Part shown: positions 10,128 through 19,397 of the stretch, piece after piece
Position numbering within the stretch: position 1 is the first letter of the stretch
Layout of the letters: each line of letters starts with the position of its first letter
DNA from: Candidatus Woesebacteria bacterium
GTDB lineage: Bacteria > Patescibacteriota > Microgenomatia > UBA12405
Length of the DNA: 64,000 nt
Direction: 5' to 3'
NCBI GenBank assembly: GCA_035402805.1
Contig: DAONDY010000001.1
Span: 253,672-317,671 of the forward strand
Notes under the pieces: generated by a model
What the model saw: only the letters and a program-made list of their open reading frames with translations
Database searches by the model: none
Told to the model about the DNA's origin: nothing
Program-made: the position numbers and the translations under genes

Positions 10128-11231
10128 TTAAACAACTTTTTCCCACGGATATTCTTCATATCCAAAATGACCATACTTAGCCGTATTTTTATATATTGGT
10201 CTTTTTAAATCTAAACCATTAATAATTCCTTTAACCGACAAATCGATTAATTTCCAAGCAAATTCTTCAATCTCTTTTAAATCTTTTTTAGCTGTTTCAA
10301 AAGTTTCAATTGATTTAGAAATCGGATCTCTTTGACCAATTGCATAAGCTAATTGAACTTCACATCTATCAGCTAATCCAGCCGCCACAATATTCTTAGC
10401 GATATATCTAGCCGCATAAGCCCCACTTCTATCAACTTTTGTTGGATCTTTTCCGGAAAAACAACCACCGCCAATTCTTCCCATACCACCATATGTATCA
10501 ACTATAATTTTCCTACCAGTCAATCCAGTATCCGATGCTGGCCCACCAATTTCCCATTGACCAGTACCATTAAAGATAATTTGATTAATATCCAATTTAT
10601 TTAAATTATATTTTTTCAAAACTGGTAAAATTGCCAACTCGTATAAATGTTTTTTTACTTCATCTTTATTTATTTTTGGATCAAATGGTTTAGCTAAAAC
10701 TATTTTTTCCACTTTTATTACTTTTCCATTTTTATAACTCACACCCACCTCAGCTTTTCCATCTGGTCTTAAATAATTTAATTCTTTAAATTGTAATTCG
10801 TCCATCTTTCGACATAATTCATGTGATAAAACAATTGGCAATGGCATTAATTGTGGAGTCTCATTACAAGCATATCCAAACATCATCCCCTGATCGCCAG
10901 CTCCATCATTATCAGCTCCAATGGCAATATCACGAGATTGTTCATGAACCGCCACATCAAAAAAAGCATCTTTAGTAAAACCCAATTCTGGTTTGTTATA
11001 ACCTAGATTTTCTATCACTTTTTGGGCAATTTTTTTGTAATTTAATTTTGATTGGCTTGTCACTTCTCCTGCCATAGTTACTTTATTGGCAGTTACCAAA
11101 GTCTCTACGGCTACTCTAGAATTAACATCTAAACTTAAGGCTGCGTCTAAGACAGCATCAGAAATCTGGTCACAAATTTTATCTGGATGACCAGCACAAA
11201 CAGATTCGGAAACGAAAAAGGGATATTTCAT
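10128..11231 (-). CDS. metK: S-adenosylmethionine synthetase
   Basis: SESVCAGHPDKICDQISDAVLDA, GAGDQGMMFGYA and GGGCFSGKDPTKVDRSGAYAARY motifs. Confidence 0.95.
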   Translation of the reverse strand: MKYPFFVSESVCAGHPDKICDQISDAVLDAALSLDVNSRVAVETLVTANKVTMAGEVTSQSKLNYKKIAQKVIENLGYNKPELGFTKDAFFDVAVHEQSRDIAIGADNDGAGDQGMMFGYACNETPQLMPLPIVLSHELCRKMDELQFKELNYLRPDGKAEVGVSYKNGKVIKVEKIVLAKPFDPKINKDEVKKHLYELAILPVLKKYNLNKLDINQIIFNGTGQWEIGGPASDTGLTGRKIIVDTYGGMGRIGGGCFSGKDPTKVDRSGAYAARYIAKNIVAAGLADRCEVQLAYAIGQRDPISKSIETFETAKKDLKEIEEFAWKLIDLSVKGIINGLDLKRPIYKNTAKYGHFGYEEYPWEKVV

Positions 11232-11353
11232 ATTTTTCCTTTAATTAATTAATAAAGGCTTGTCTACTTCACGATGATTGAAGTACTAGCACCGCGACCC
11301 CTTTTGGGCTCGGTTGCTGTTCCCAATTTTCATTGGGGATCTCTTGACAAAGC
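11232..11353 (-). ncRNA. candidate SAM-responsive riboswitch (S-box-like) leader of metK, with an SD-sequestering hairpin
   Basis: Minus-strand RNA GCUUUGUCAAGAG-AUCCCCAAUGAAAAUUGGGGA-ACAGCAACC-...-GCGGUGCUAGUAC-...-GACAAGC. A P1 helix (GCUU(U)GUC/GACAAGC) encloses islands UCAAGAG, AUGAAA, GCAACC and GGUGCUA in S-box order. Downstream, CCUUUAAUUAAUUAAUAAAGG pairs the SD (AAAGGA) 6 nt before the ATG. Confidence 0.4.
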
Positions 11354-11359
11354 AATTTT

Positions 11360-11388
11360 ATATTAAAGTAATTTTTAAAAATTTTCAA
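11360..11388 (-). promoter_or_regulatory. sigma70-like promoter for metK leader (-35 TTGAAA, 17-nt spacer, -10 TAATAT)
   Basis: Read on the minus strand: TTGAAA-N17-TAATAT-aaaatt-G. The predicted TSS coincides with the 5' end of the P1 helix. Confidence 0.4.
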
Positions 11389-11398
11389 CTTGATAATT

Positions 11399-12358
11399 TT
11401 ACAAACTTTTCAACTTTCCTTTCGTCTCTTGATCAAAAAATGACAACACACCTCCAAACAAAGCATTGATTATTCCTAAAATTCCCAAAAATGTCGACAT
11501 TAATAAAATACTTTCGTTTGAGCCTCCGGCCTGAGAAAAGAAAAACAAAAACAACTGTTCTCTGGCTCCAAAACCACCAATTGAAATCGGTAAAACTAAA
11601 ATCATTGAAATGATAGTCATAAAGGCAAAAATCGAAAAAATACTAATGCCAACCCCAAATTTCCAGCTAATAAACCATGCCTGCAAAATCCAAATTGTCT
11701 CGCTCATTAAAGAAATCAAAAGACATTTAATAATTTTTTTCTTATTTTCACTAGTTAATGAATCAAAAGCATCATCTAATTTGTGTAAAAAAGTAACTTT
11801 AGGCAAAAATTTTGATGCATCAAAAAAATAAATTACTAAATAAACCAATAAACAAAGAATTGTTAATACCACCAATAAATAAAAAATATAATCTGGAATA
11901 TTTATGCCTTTTTTTCTACTTACAACAGCCGAAATTAACGCCAAAAACATAAACATTGAAAATCCAATAAATCTATCTAATATTATTGATCCTAATACTT
12001 TAGTTTTTGGAATTTCTGAATATTTACGATCAATCACTATCCACTTCAACACATCGCCAGCTGCTGAAGTTGGAAAAATTAAAGAATAATATGAAGCTAA
12101 AAAACTTGCTCTAGTAAAAGTTAATATTGTTTTAATTTTTATTTTTGGAAACAAAAGTAAACTCCATCTAACCGAAATTAAAAACACTATAAAAAAACTA
12201 ATAATTATATTGCTTATCACAAACCATAAAGGTACTTCCCTTAAATTTTTAAAAAGACTTACTATATCAACCTTTCTAAAAGCAAAATAAATTAAAACCA
12301 CCGAAAATGTTATCCTGAAAAGTTTAGAAGTAAAAATTTTCTTAAAAATCTTTAACAT
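11399..12358 (-). CDS. flippase-like membrane protein (lysylphosphatidylglycerol-synthase TM-region / UPF0104 family)
   Basis: 319 aa with ~8 TM helices and sequence pattern typical of TIGR00374-like proteins that accompany glycosyltransferases. Confidence 0.45.
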   Translation of the reverse strand: MLKIFKKIFTSKLFRITFSVVLIYFAFRKVDIVSLFKNLREVPLWFVISNIIISFFIVFLISVRWSLLLFPKIKIKTILTFTRASFLASYYSLIFPTSAAGDVLKWIVIDRKYSEIPKTKVLGSIILDRFIGFSMFMFLALISAVVSRKKGINIPDYIFYLLVVLTILCLLVYLVIYFFDASKFLPKVTFLHKLDDAFDSLTSENKKKIIKCLLISLMSETIWILQAWFISWKFGVGISIFSIFAFMTIISMILVLPISIGGFGAREQLFLFFFSQAGGSNESILLMSTFLGILGIINALFGGVLSFFDQETKGKLKSL

Positions 12359-12396
12359 AAGCTAATTATTAGGATAACACGAAGTATAATTACTAA

Positions 12397-13575
12397 ATGA
12401 GGATTTTATTATTAAGTCACATTTTTCCCAAAGCCATTGATGGGGGATCAAAGGTTATTTACAAACTTGGCCAATATTTTGAATCCCAGCAACATCAAAC
12501 CCTTTACATTTCCTCTGATTGTTCCAGCACCGATGATTTTGTCAAAAAAATCCAACATACCAGCCCACCAATAAACCAAAAAATTATAAAACTCCCTGTT
12601 TATCACCATCTTCGCCGTCCATTAAAATTTTTAAATCTATTTTTAAAATCAGATTTTTTAAAAGTTCTTCAAAAAGGACCAATTTTTAAAATTATTCCAT
12701 TTATAAAAACTGTAATCAAAATTATTAAATTCAATCCAGATTTAATCGTCGCCGGACCTCTTCCTACCACCATTGTCCTTTATGGTAATTTTTTCAAAAA
12801 AATAACCAAATCAAAATTATTAATCAATTCTTCATTTCATCCAACTGACTTCGATTTTCAACAAAAACCTTTAATCAAATCTCTCCAATCCGCCAATTTT
12901 TTATGGACTCTTACCCAATTCGAAACCGATTATTTTATTAAAAATTTTAATATTGATCCTAAAAAAATTATCCTCGCCGGCAATGGAGTTGATTCTAATT
13001 TTCTGTTAAAAAGATCTAAAATAACTACTAATAAACCCACTACTAATTTATTGTTTATCGGTTCTCTTTCCGCCCATAAACGTGTTGATCTTCTTATCCA
13101 ATCTTTTTCTAATTTTATTTCCCCAAAAATTTCTCTAACTATTGCCGGTCAAAAAACTCTTTTTTACCCTCAAATCGAAAAATTGGTCAATTCTCTTGAT
13201 CCAAAAATAAAATCCCAAATTAAATTTATTTTCGACTTTCCTCAAAACGATTTAATTAATCTTATTGATAATTGTGATGTTTTAGTTTTTCCCTCAATCC
13301 AGGAAAGTTTTGGATTAGTGGTCATTGAAAGTTGGGCCAGACAAAAACCAGTAATTTGTGCCGATATTCCAGCCCTAAAAGAACTGGTAACTAAATCAAA
13401 TGGAGGATTATTATTCAAAACCGACGATCAAACTGATCTAGCTAAAAAAATTGAATTTATTTTTAATCATCCCAAAAAAGCAAAAGAATTGGGGAAAAAT
13501 GGTTACGAATATGTTAAAAATAACTATACTTGGAAAAAAGTAGGAGACAAAATATGTCAAAAAATATTATTTTAA
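12397..13575 (+). CDS. glycosyltransferase family 1 (GT4-like)
   Basis: C-terminal GT-B donor-binding motif (FPSIQESFGLVVIESWARQKPVICADIPALKELV). Confidence 0.7.
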   Translation: MRILLLSHIFPKAIDGGSKVIYKLGQYFESQQHQTLYISSDCSSTDDFVKKIQHTSPPINQKIIKLPVYHHLRRPLKFLNLFLKSDFLKVLQKGPIFKIIPFIKTVIKIIKFNPDLIVAGPLPTTIVLYGNFFKKITKSKLLINSSFHPTDFDFQQKPLIKSLQSANFLWTLTQFETDYFIKNFNIDPKKIILAGNGVDSNFLLKRSKITTNKPTTNLLFIGSLSAHKRVDLLIQSFSNFISPKISLTIAGQKTLFYPQIEKLVNSLDPKIKSQIKFIFDFPQNDLINLIDNCDVLVFPSIQESFGLVVIESWARQKPVICADIPALKELVTKSNGGLLFKTDDQTDLAKKIEFIFNHPKKAKELGKNGYEYVKNNYTWKKVGDKICQKILF

Positions 13576-14009
13576 TTTTTACTCCGGTTTTAATAATTAT
13601 TGCCGGTATTTTAATTTGGCGTTTATTTTTTTATTTACCAACCTCTAATTTTATTAAAATCAAAATTGCCGACACTGATTACAAAATTGAATTAGCCAAA
13701 ACTTCATCTCAAAAAATAAAAGGATTATCAGATAGAGAGTCTCTTTGTCCAAAATGCGGTATGCTTTTTATTTTTGGCTTTGAAACTGACCTGCCTTTTT
13801 GGATGAAAAATACCCTTATTCCATTAGACATGATTTGGCTTGATAAAACCGGAAAAATTGTCGATATTAAAACGGCCACTGAAGTTAATTCCCAAAAAAT
13901 TTACACCAACCAGTCTCCAGCCCAATATGTTCTTGAATTAAATGCCAACGATTCTAAAAAATTAAACCTAAAAATAGGCGATATAATTTCATTACCAAAT
14001 ACTTTATAA
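13554..14009 (+). CDS. DUF192 domain protein
   Basis: GMLFIF...PFWMKNTLIPLDMIWLD..GKIV pattern. Start chosen at ATG 13554, preceded by AGGAG SD. The track ORF begins at 13530. Confidence 0.65.
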   Translation: MSKNIILIFTPVLIIIAGILIWRLFFYLPTSNFIKIKIADTDYKIELAKTSSQKIKGLSDRESLCPKCGMLFIFGFETDLPFWMKNTLIPLDMIWLDKTGKIVDIKTATEVNSQKIYTNQSPAQYVLELNANDSKKLNLKIGDIISLPNTL

Positions 14010-14026
14010 CTTTAAAAACTTTAAAC

Positions 14027-15007
14027 TTGACAAACTTCTCTATTATCATTCCAAACTACAACGGTGGTCAATTTTTATCTGAATGTCTCAATTCACTTCT
14101 CTTAAGCATTCATAATTGTCCCGAATCTCAATTTGAAATAATTTTAATTGACAACAATTCACACGATAACAGTATTGAAATATTCGAAAATATCGTTCCT
14201 AAAAGTTTCCATTATCGAATTTTATTAAATCCTAAAAATTATGGATTTGCTAAAGCGGTCAACCAAGGTATTAAAAAAGCTAAATATAAATATGTCGTCC
14301 TTTTAAATAATGATCTAACTATGGAAAAAAACTGGTTTAAATTAATCAACCAAACCATTAAAAATAATAAAAACCCTAAAATAGGCACTTTCTTTGGCAC
14401 TGTTCTTACTAAAGATGGCACTAAATTTGAATCTCAAGGTTTAGAATTTTTCTATCGAGGCAAAGCCAAAAACATTTCCAATGGAAAAAATTTCACCCCA
14501 TCCTTGTCAAAGGAGGAGACAGGGGGTGGATTAGTTTGGGGAGCCTCTGCCGCTTTAGTTGTTTATAAAAAAAACATTTTAGAAGAAATCGGCCTCTTTG
14601 ATGATGATTTTTTTGCCTATGAGGAAGATGTTGATCTGGCTCTCCGACTCCATAATTTAAAATATCAAACTCTCTATATTCCTCAAGCCATCTCTTACCA
14701 CTTAGGTGGGGGAACTAGTAATAAAATGGGTATTTTTAGAAACAAAATGGACGCTAAAAATTGGATTTATATCATTGTCAAAAATTTTTCTTCAAAAGAA
14801 ATATTAAAAAATCTATTTTCAATAACAGAAGAGCGATTAAGAAACCTGTCTGGACTATGTAAACAAACAATTCGTATTTATAAAATAAAATCTTTTTTTT
14901 ATCTACCCTATGTCTTAATTTCCACCTATGGTGAAGTTCTTTTAAAATTACCCAAAATGTTTAAAAAGCGAAAAGCTATCCAAAAATTGGTAAAATTACA
15001 TAATTAA
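14027..15007 (+). CDS. glycosyltransferase family 2
   Basis: IIIPNYNGG ... DNNSHDNS ... DxD-like motifs. The track start is TTG; the true start is uncertain. Confidence 0.75.
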   Translation: MTNFSIIIPNYNGGQFLSECLNSLLLSIHNCPESQFEIILIDNNSHDNSIEIFENIVPKSFHYRILLNPKNYGFAKAVNQGIKKAKYKYVVLLNNDLTMEKNWFKLINQTIKNNKNPKIGTFFGTVLTKDGTKFESQGLEFFYRGKAKNISNGKNFTPSLSKEETGGGLVWGASAALVVYKKNILEEIGLFDDDFFAYEEDVDLALRLHNLKYQTLYIPQAISYHLGGGTSNKMGIFRNKMDAKNWIYIIVKNFSSKEILKNLFSITEERLRNLSGLCKQTIRIYKIKSFFYLPYVLISTYGEVLLKLPKMFKKRKAIQKLVKLHN

Positions 15008-15009
15008 AT

Positions 15010-16146
15010 ATGATTATTGGTATTGATATTTCTTCTATTCCCTACAAAACTGGTGTCAGTAGCTACACTCTAAATTTAGTCAGAAATCTTCTTAAAATCG
15101 ATAAAGTAAATACTTACAAACTTTTTTATTCTTCCATGCGCCTTCCTTTACCAGAAGAAATCATTGAACTCAAAAAAAATCATTCTAATTTAAAAATTTA
15201 TCAATTTAAACTACCTCCGACTTTACTTCAAATTTTATGGAATCAATTACGGCTCTTTCCAATTGAACTTTTTATCGGCAAGTGTCATCTTTTTCATACT
15301 TCAGATTGGACTCAGCCACCGACTATAAAGGCCAAAACTATTGCCACTGTCCACGATTTAACTCCATTTCTATATCCACAATGGCACCAAAAAAAGGTCA
15401 TTGTGGCTCATAAAAATAAAATGCGTTTGGCAGTAAAAAAATGTTCTAAATTAATTAGTGTTTCTCAAAACACTAAAAATGATTTATTAAAAATATTTTC
15501 TCAAATTAATCCCCAAAAAATTGAAATAATTTATGAAGCCGCCGAAGAAAAATACGGAAAATTTATAAAACTATCTAAAGATGCTCAGCAAAAGAAAAGA
15601 GAGGCCATTAAAAAACAATATGATCTAGATAGATTTATACTCGCCCAAGGCACTCGTGAACCCCGAAAAAATTTAAAGAGATTGATAGATGCTTTTATTG
15701 CTTTTAAAGAAAAAAATCCCAATTGCCATGTTGATTTAGCCATCGCCGGTAAATACGGCTGGGGTCAGGATGTTGATGGTGTTAAAGATCCATCAGTAAA
15801 AATTCTTGGCTTTATTCCCGAAAAAGATATGGTCGCTCTCCATGCCAGTGCTCTTTGTTTAGCCTATCCCTCACTTTATGAAGGCTTTGGTTTACCTTTA
15901 GTCAAATCACTCAAAGTTGGTACACCTATAATTACCAGCAATATTTCTTCTATGCCTGAAGTCGGAGGTAAAGCTGCTCTTTATATTGACCCAACTTCAA
16001 CCGAAGACATAACTAAAGCTATTACCAAGATAATTAAATCGAGTGCCGTTAGAAATAAATTAACATCAGCCGGTTTAATTCAAGCCCAAAAATTTGATTG
16101 GCTTAAAACCGCCGAAGAAACCTTACAAGTTTATCAATCCCTATGA
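15010..16146 (+). CDS. glycosyltransferase family 1 (GT4-like)
   Basis: MIIGIDxS N-terminus and EGFGLPLVKSLKVGTPIITSNISSMPEV C-terminal motif. Confidence 0.7.
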   Translation: MIIGIDISSIPYKTGVSSYTLNLVRNLLKIDKVNTYKLFYSSMRLPLPEEIIELKKNHSNLKIYQFKLPPTLLQILWNQLRLFPIELFIGKCHLFHTSDWTQPPTIKAKTIATVHDLTPFLYPQWHQKKVIVAHKNKMRLAVKKCSKLISVSQNTKNDLLKIFSQINPQKIEIIYEAAEEKYGKFIKLSKDAQQKKREAIKKQYDLDRFILAQGTREPRKNLKRLIDAFIAFKEKNPNCHVDLAIAGKYGWGQDVDGVKDPSVKILGFIPEKDMVALHASALCLAYPSLYEGFGLPLVKSLKVGTPIITSNISSMPEVGGKAALYIDPTSTEDITKAITKIIKSSAVRNKLTSAGLIQAQKFDWLKTAEETLQVYQSL

Positions 16147-17261
16147 TTATTGGAATTGACGGTAATGAGGCTAATATAAAAAACCGGGTTGGTGTTGGCC
16201 AATATGCCTTTAATCTTCTAAAGAATCTTTATTTATTGGATAAAAAGAATCAATATATTATTTATCTCAAAAATCCTCCTCTTTCCGATCTACCAATAGA
16301 AACTAAAAACTGGCGTTATAAGGTATTTGGACCAAAAAAACTTTGGACGAAATTTTCCCTACCTATTCATCTTTTTACTCAATCAGAAAAGTTAAATCTT
16401 TTTTATTCTCCCAGTCATTATTCTCCTTCTTTTGCTCCTTGTCCCACCATTCCTACTATTCATGATTTAGGCTATCTTCAGTTTCAATCTCAATTTACCA
16501 AAAAAGATTTTTACCAACTAAAAAATTGGACTAAACAATCAATTAAAAAGGCCTCTCATATAATTACTGTCTCTGATTTTTCTAAAACCGAAATTGAAAA
16601 AACTTATAAAATCGATCCTAAAAAAATAACTATTGCCTACAATGGTGTTGTTGATGAACCATTCAAAATTAATATTAAAGATCAACAAAAGATTATTTCT
16701 TATTATCAGCTAACATCTAAAAAATATTACCTGTATTTAGGCACTCTTAAACCCAATAAAAACATTCCTTTTTTAATTAAATCTTTTGCTAAATATTTAA
16801 AAATAACTAACTCAAAAAACAAACTCGTCATTGCTGGAAAAAAGGGTTGGCTTTTTGATGAAATTTTTTCCACTGTCAAACAAGAAAGATTAGAAAAAAA
16901 TGTCGTCTTTACTGATTTTATTGACGATATTCAAAAAACAGTTCTTTATCAAAATACTCTAGCTCTAATTATGCCCAGTAGTTACGAAGGCTTTGGCATT
17001 CCTGTTATTGAAGCCATGAAATTAAATACCCCCGTAATCTCTAGCGATATCCCTCCATTAAAAGAGGTGATCCAAAATAATGGCTTTTTTTTCGATCCCA
17101 CCAACCAAGAACAATTAGTCAATCAATTAATTAAATTTGAAAATACTAGCCTTTCAGAAATCGAAAAGATAACCAAATTAGCTAAAGTCAGAGCTGACTT
17201 TTTTAATTGGGCTAACACTGCCAAATCAGTATTAAAAGTTTTTGAACAATTTCAAAAATAG
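16143..17261 (+). CDS. glycosyltransferase family 1 (GT4-like), tandem paralog of the preceding gene
   Basis: MIIGIDGNEANIKNRVGVGQYAFNLLKNL N-terminus parallels the upstream gene, with an EGFGIPVIEAMKLNTPVISSDIPPLKEV motif. Overlapping ATGA junction. Confidence 0.7.
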   Translation: MIIGIDGNEANIKNRVGVGQYAFNLLKNLYLLDKKNQYIIYLKNPPLSDLPIETKNWRYKVFGPKKLWTKFSLPIHLFTQSEKLNLFYSPSHYSPSFAPCPTIPTIHDLGYLQFQSQFTKKDFYQLKNWTKQSIKKASHIITVSDFSKTEIEKTYKIDPKKITIAYNGVVDEPFKINIKDQQKIISYYQLTSKKYYLYLGTLKPNKNIPFLIKSFAKYLKITNSKNKLVIAGKKGWLFDEIFSTVKQERLEKNVVFTDFIDDIQKTVLYQNTLALIMPSSYEGFGIPVIEAMKLNTPVISSDIPPLKEVIQNNGFFFDPTNQEQLVNQLIKFENTSLSEIEKITKLAKVRADFFNWANTAKSVLKVFEQFQK

Positions 17262-17313
17262 GTTTCACTAACTTTACAGCTTTATAAACTTTATAAACTT
17301 GATAAACTTAATT

Positions 17314-17907
17314 ATGAAAGATAGAACTGGTAAAAATCTAAGTCTTCAAGAAATTTGTCAAAAAATCTTCAACCGTTTTAAAACTATTTTACTTGAATTT
17401 TGGCTCATGATCCTTCGTTTTATTGGCTTTATTCCTATTCATACTATTAGAAAAATATTCTATATTGCCTCTGGAATAGACATGCCTTTTAACTCAACTA
17501 TTCACATTGGAGCTAATTTTTTTAAACCATCAAACATTAAAATTGGCCACGACACCATTATTGGTGACCATTGTTTTATGGATGGTCGGGCTAAATTAAC
17601 TATTGGTAACCATGTCGGAATTGCCAGCCAGGTCTTAATTTACAACGATGAACACGATATTAATTCTATTGATTATAGAAATTCTTTCGGCCCAGTTGAA
17701 ATCGGTGATTATGTTTTTATCGGCCCTCGATCCGTCATCTTACCTAATATTAAAATCGGCAAAGGTGCTGTCATCGCCGCTGGTGCTGTTGTCACCAAAG
17801 ATGTTCCCGAATTTGAAATTTGGGGTGGAGTTCCAGCCCAAAAAATAAGTGATAGAAAAAATAAAAACCCAAATTATAAACTCGGTCGTGCTATGTGGTT
17901 TCAATAA
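17314..17907 (+). CDS. hexapeptide-repeat (left-handed beta-helix) sugar O-acetyltransferase
   Basis: Repeated [LIV]G..xx[LIV] hexapeptides (IHIGANFF, IGHDTIIGDHCFM, IGNHVGIAS, IGDYVFIGP, IGKGAVIAAGAVV). ATG at 17314 is preferred over the TTG at 17299. Confidence 0.7.
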   Translation: MKDRTGKNLSLQEICQKIFNRFKTILLEFWLMILRFIGFIPIHTIRKIFYIASGIDMPFNSTIHIGANFFKPSNIKIGHDTIIGDHCFMDGRAKLTIGNHVGIASQVLIYNDEHDINSIDYRNSFGPVEIGDYVFIGPRSVILPNIKIGKGAVIAAGAVVTKDVPEFEIWGGVPAQKISDRKNKNPNYKLGRAMWFQ

Positions 17908-17908
17908 T

Positions 17909-18454
17909 ATGATTAAAAAAATATTAATCATTATTTTTTTTCTTTTTAATATTTTTGCTATTGTTTATTTAATTAGTCCTACACCAAATTTCCCCGATTT
18001 AGCCAACAGTGTTAAGTCTGATCTTCCTGGAGATACGGTCCAAATCGAAAATGTCTCCGCTTACTTTACCAACATGACCCGAACCGAAGTTATGAATTTC
18101 TATAAAGCTTACTACAGTGGCCCATTTAGAATCATCATTAATCATCCGCCAGAAAAAGCCCAGGAGCTTATTGTTAACACTCTTCAAAGTTATTATTTTG
18201 AAGAATTTATTTTACCTTTTAAAGAATCTTTATATATTAATGGATTCGAGTGGGAAAATAATGTTTTTACTAAACCAGAAAATAGAGACCAATTTAAAAT
18301 TATTTATAATGGCAAAGAATATAAATCTAAAATTACCCTGCGTCTTTATCCAACCTCTATTCCCAAAAGAATTTTTGCCTTTTTATTCACTGAATTTGTA
18401 GTTATATTTGCCTTTTACACCTATAAGTCATTTTTAAAAAAGAAACATGATTAA
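17909..18454 (+). CDS. hypothetical membrane protein (N- and C-terminal TM helices)
   Basis: ORF with a start at ATG 17909 immediately after the upstream stop. No recognisable domain. Confidence 0.4.
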   Translation: MIKKILIIIFFLFNIFAIVYLISPTPNFPDLANSVKSDLPGDTVQIENVSAYFTNMTRTEVMNFYKAYYSGPFRIIINHPPEKAQELIVNTLQSYYFEEFILPFKESLYINGFEWENNVFTKPENRDQFKIIYNGKEYKSKITLRLYPTSIPKRIFAFLFTEFVVIFAFYTYKSFLKKKHD

Positions 18455-19397
18455 CCCGGTCCTTTCGATAATTATAATTTCTTATAATACCAGTGACATT
18501 ACTGTTAACTGTTTAAAATCCATATTTCAAGACAAAGGCCTTAAAGAAATTCCTTTTGAAATCATTATTATTGATAATAACTCTCAAGATGACAGTTTAA
18601 AAAAAATTAAAGAATTTCAAAAATCATTAAAAATTGGGAATTGGGAACTGAAAATTATAGAGAATAAATTCAATGGGGGATTTGGAAAAGCTAATAATCA
18701 AGGTTTAAAAATTGCTAAAGGTAACTATATTTTATTATTAAATTCTGACACTATTGTTCTTCATTCGGCCATCAGTCAAAGCCTTAATTGGTTATGTTCC
18801 CATCCTGAGGCTTCAGTTTGCACTGCTCAGCTATTAAATAAAGATAAAACCATCCAAGCATCTGGTGGATTTTTCCCCAATTTAATCAATGTTATTTCTT
18901 GGTGTTTGAATCTTGATGACCTTCCTTTTGTTAATAAAATGATTAAACCGCTCCATCCCCATACCCCTTATTTTTATACTCATGACAAATTTTATCTAAA
19001 AGATCATCAGCAAGATTGGGTCACTGGTGCTTTTATGATGATTAGGAATTCTCATTTAAAACCAACTAATGGCTTCGATGAAAATTATTTTATGTACGGC
19101 GAAGAAGTTGAATTGTCTTATCGTATCAAAAAAAATAATCCCCAAGGTCAAACTTGGTATTTAGTTGGTCCTCAAATTATTCATCTTGGTGGTGCTTCGG
19201 CTAAAAATAAGATAGATCCCATTCTCAATGAATATCTCGGAATTTTAACTTTTTTTAAAAAGCACAAAACTAGACTCGAATATAAAATTGTTAAACATTT
19301 AATTAAATTTAATGCTCTTAACCGCAGTGTTATATACTCTTTAAAGGGCAATAAACAAATTGCCTCTCTTTATCTTCAAACATGTTCAAAAATATAA
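18447..19397 (+). CDS. glycosyltransferase family 2
   Basis: LSIIIISYNTSD ... IIIIDNNSQDDS ... LLLNSDT motifs. Confidence 0.75.
   Translation: MINPVLSIIIISYNTSDITVNCLKSIFQDKGLKEIPFEIIIIDNNSQDDSLKKIKEFQKSLKIGNWELKIIENKFNGGFGKANNQGLKIAKGNYILLLNSDTIVLHSAISQSLNWLCSHPEASVCTAQLLNKDKTIQASGGFFPNLINVISWCLNLDDLPFVNKMIKPLHPHTPYFYTHDKFYLKDHQQDWVTGAFMMIRNSHLKPTNGFDENYFMYGEEVELSYRIKKNNPQGQTWYLVGPQIIHLGGASAKNKIDPILNEYLGILTFFKKHKTRLEYKIVKHLIKFNALNRSVIYSLKGNKQIASLYLQTCSKI

Noticed and set aside
14023-14037. AACTTGACAAACTT-type motif considered as a classical -35 (TTGACA) box
   Set aside because: In several copies the motif lies only 4-12 nt from the start codon, incompatible with a -35 position. Retained only as a candidate -10-like or other regulatory motif.
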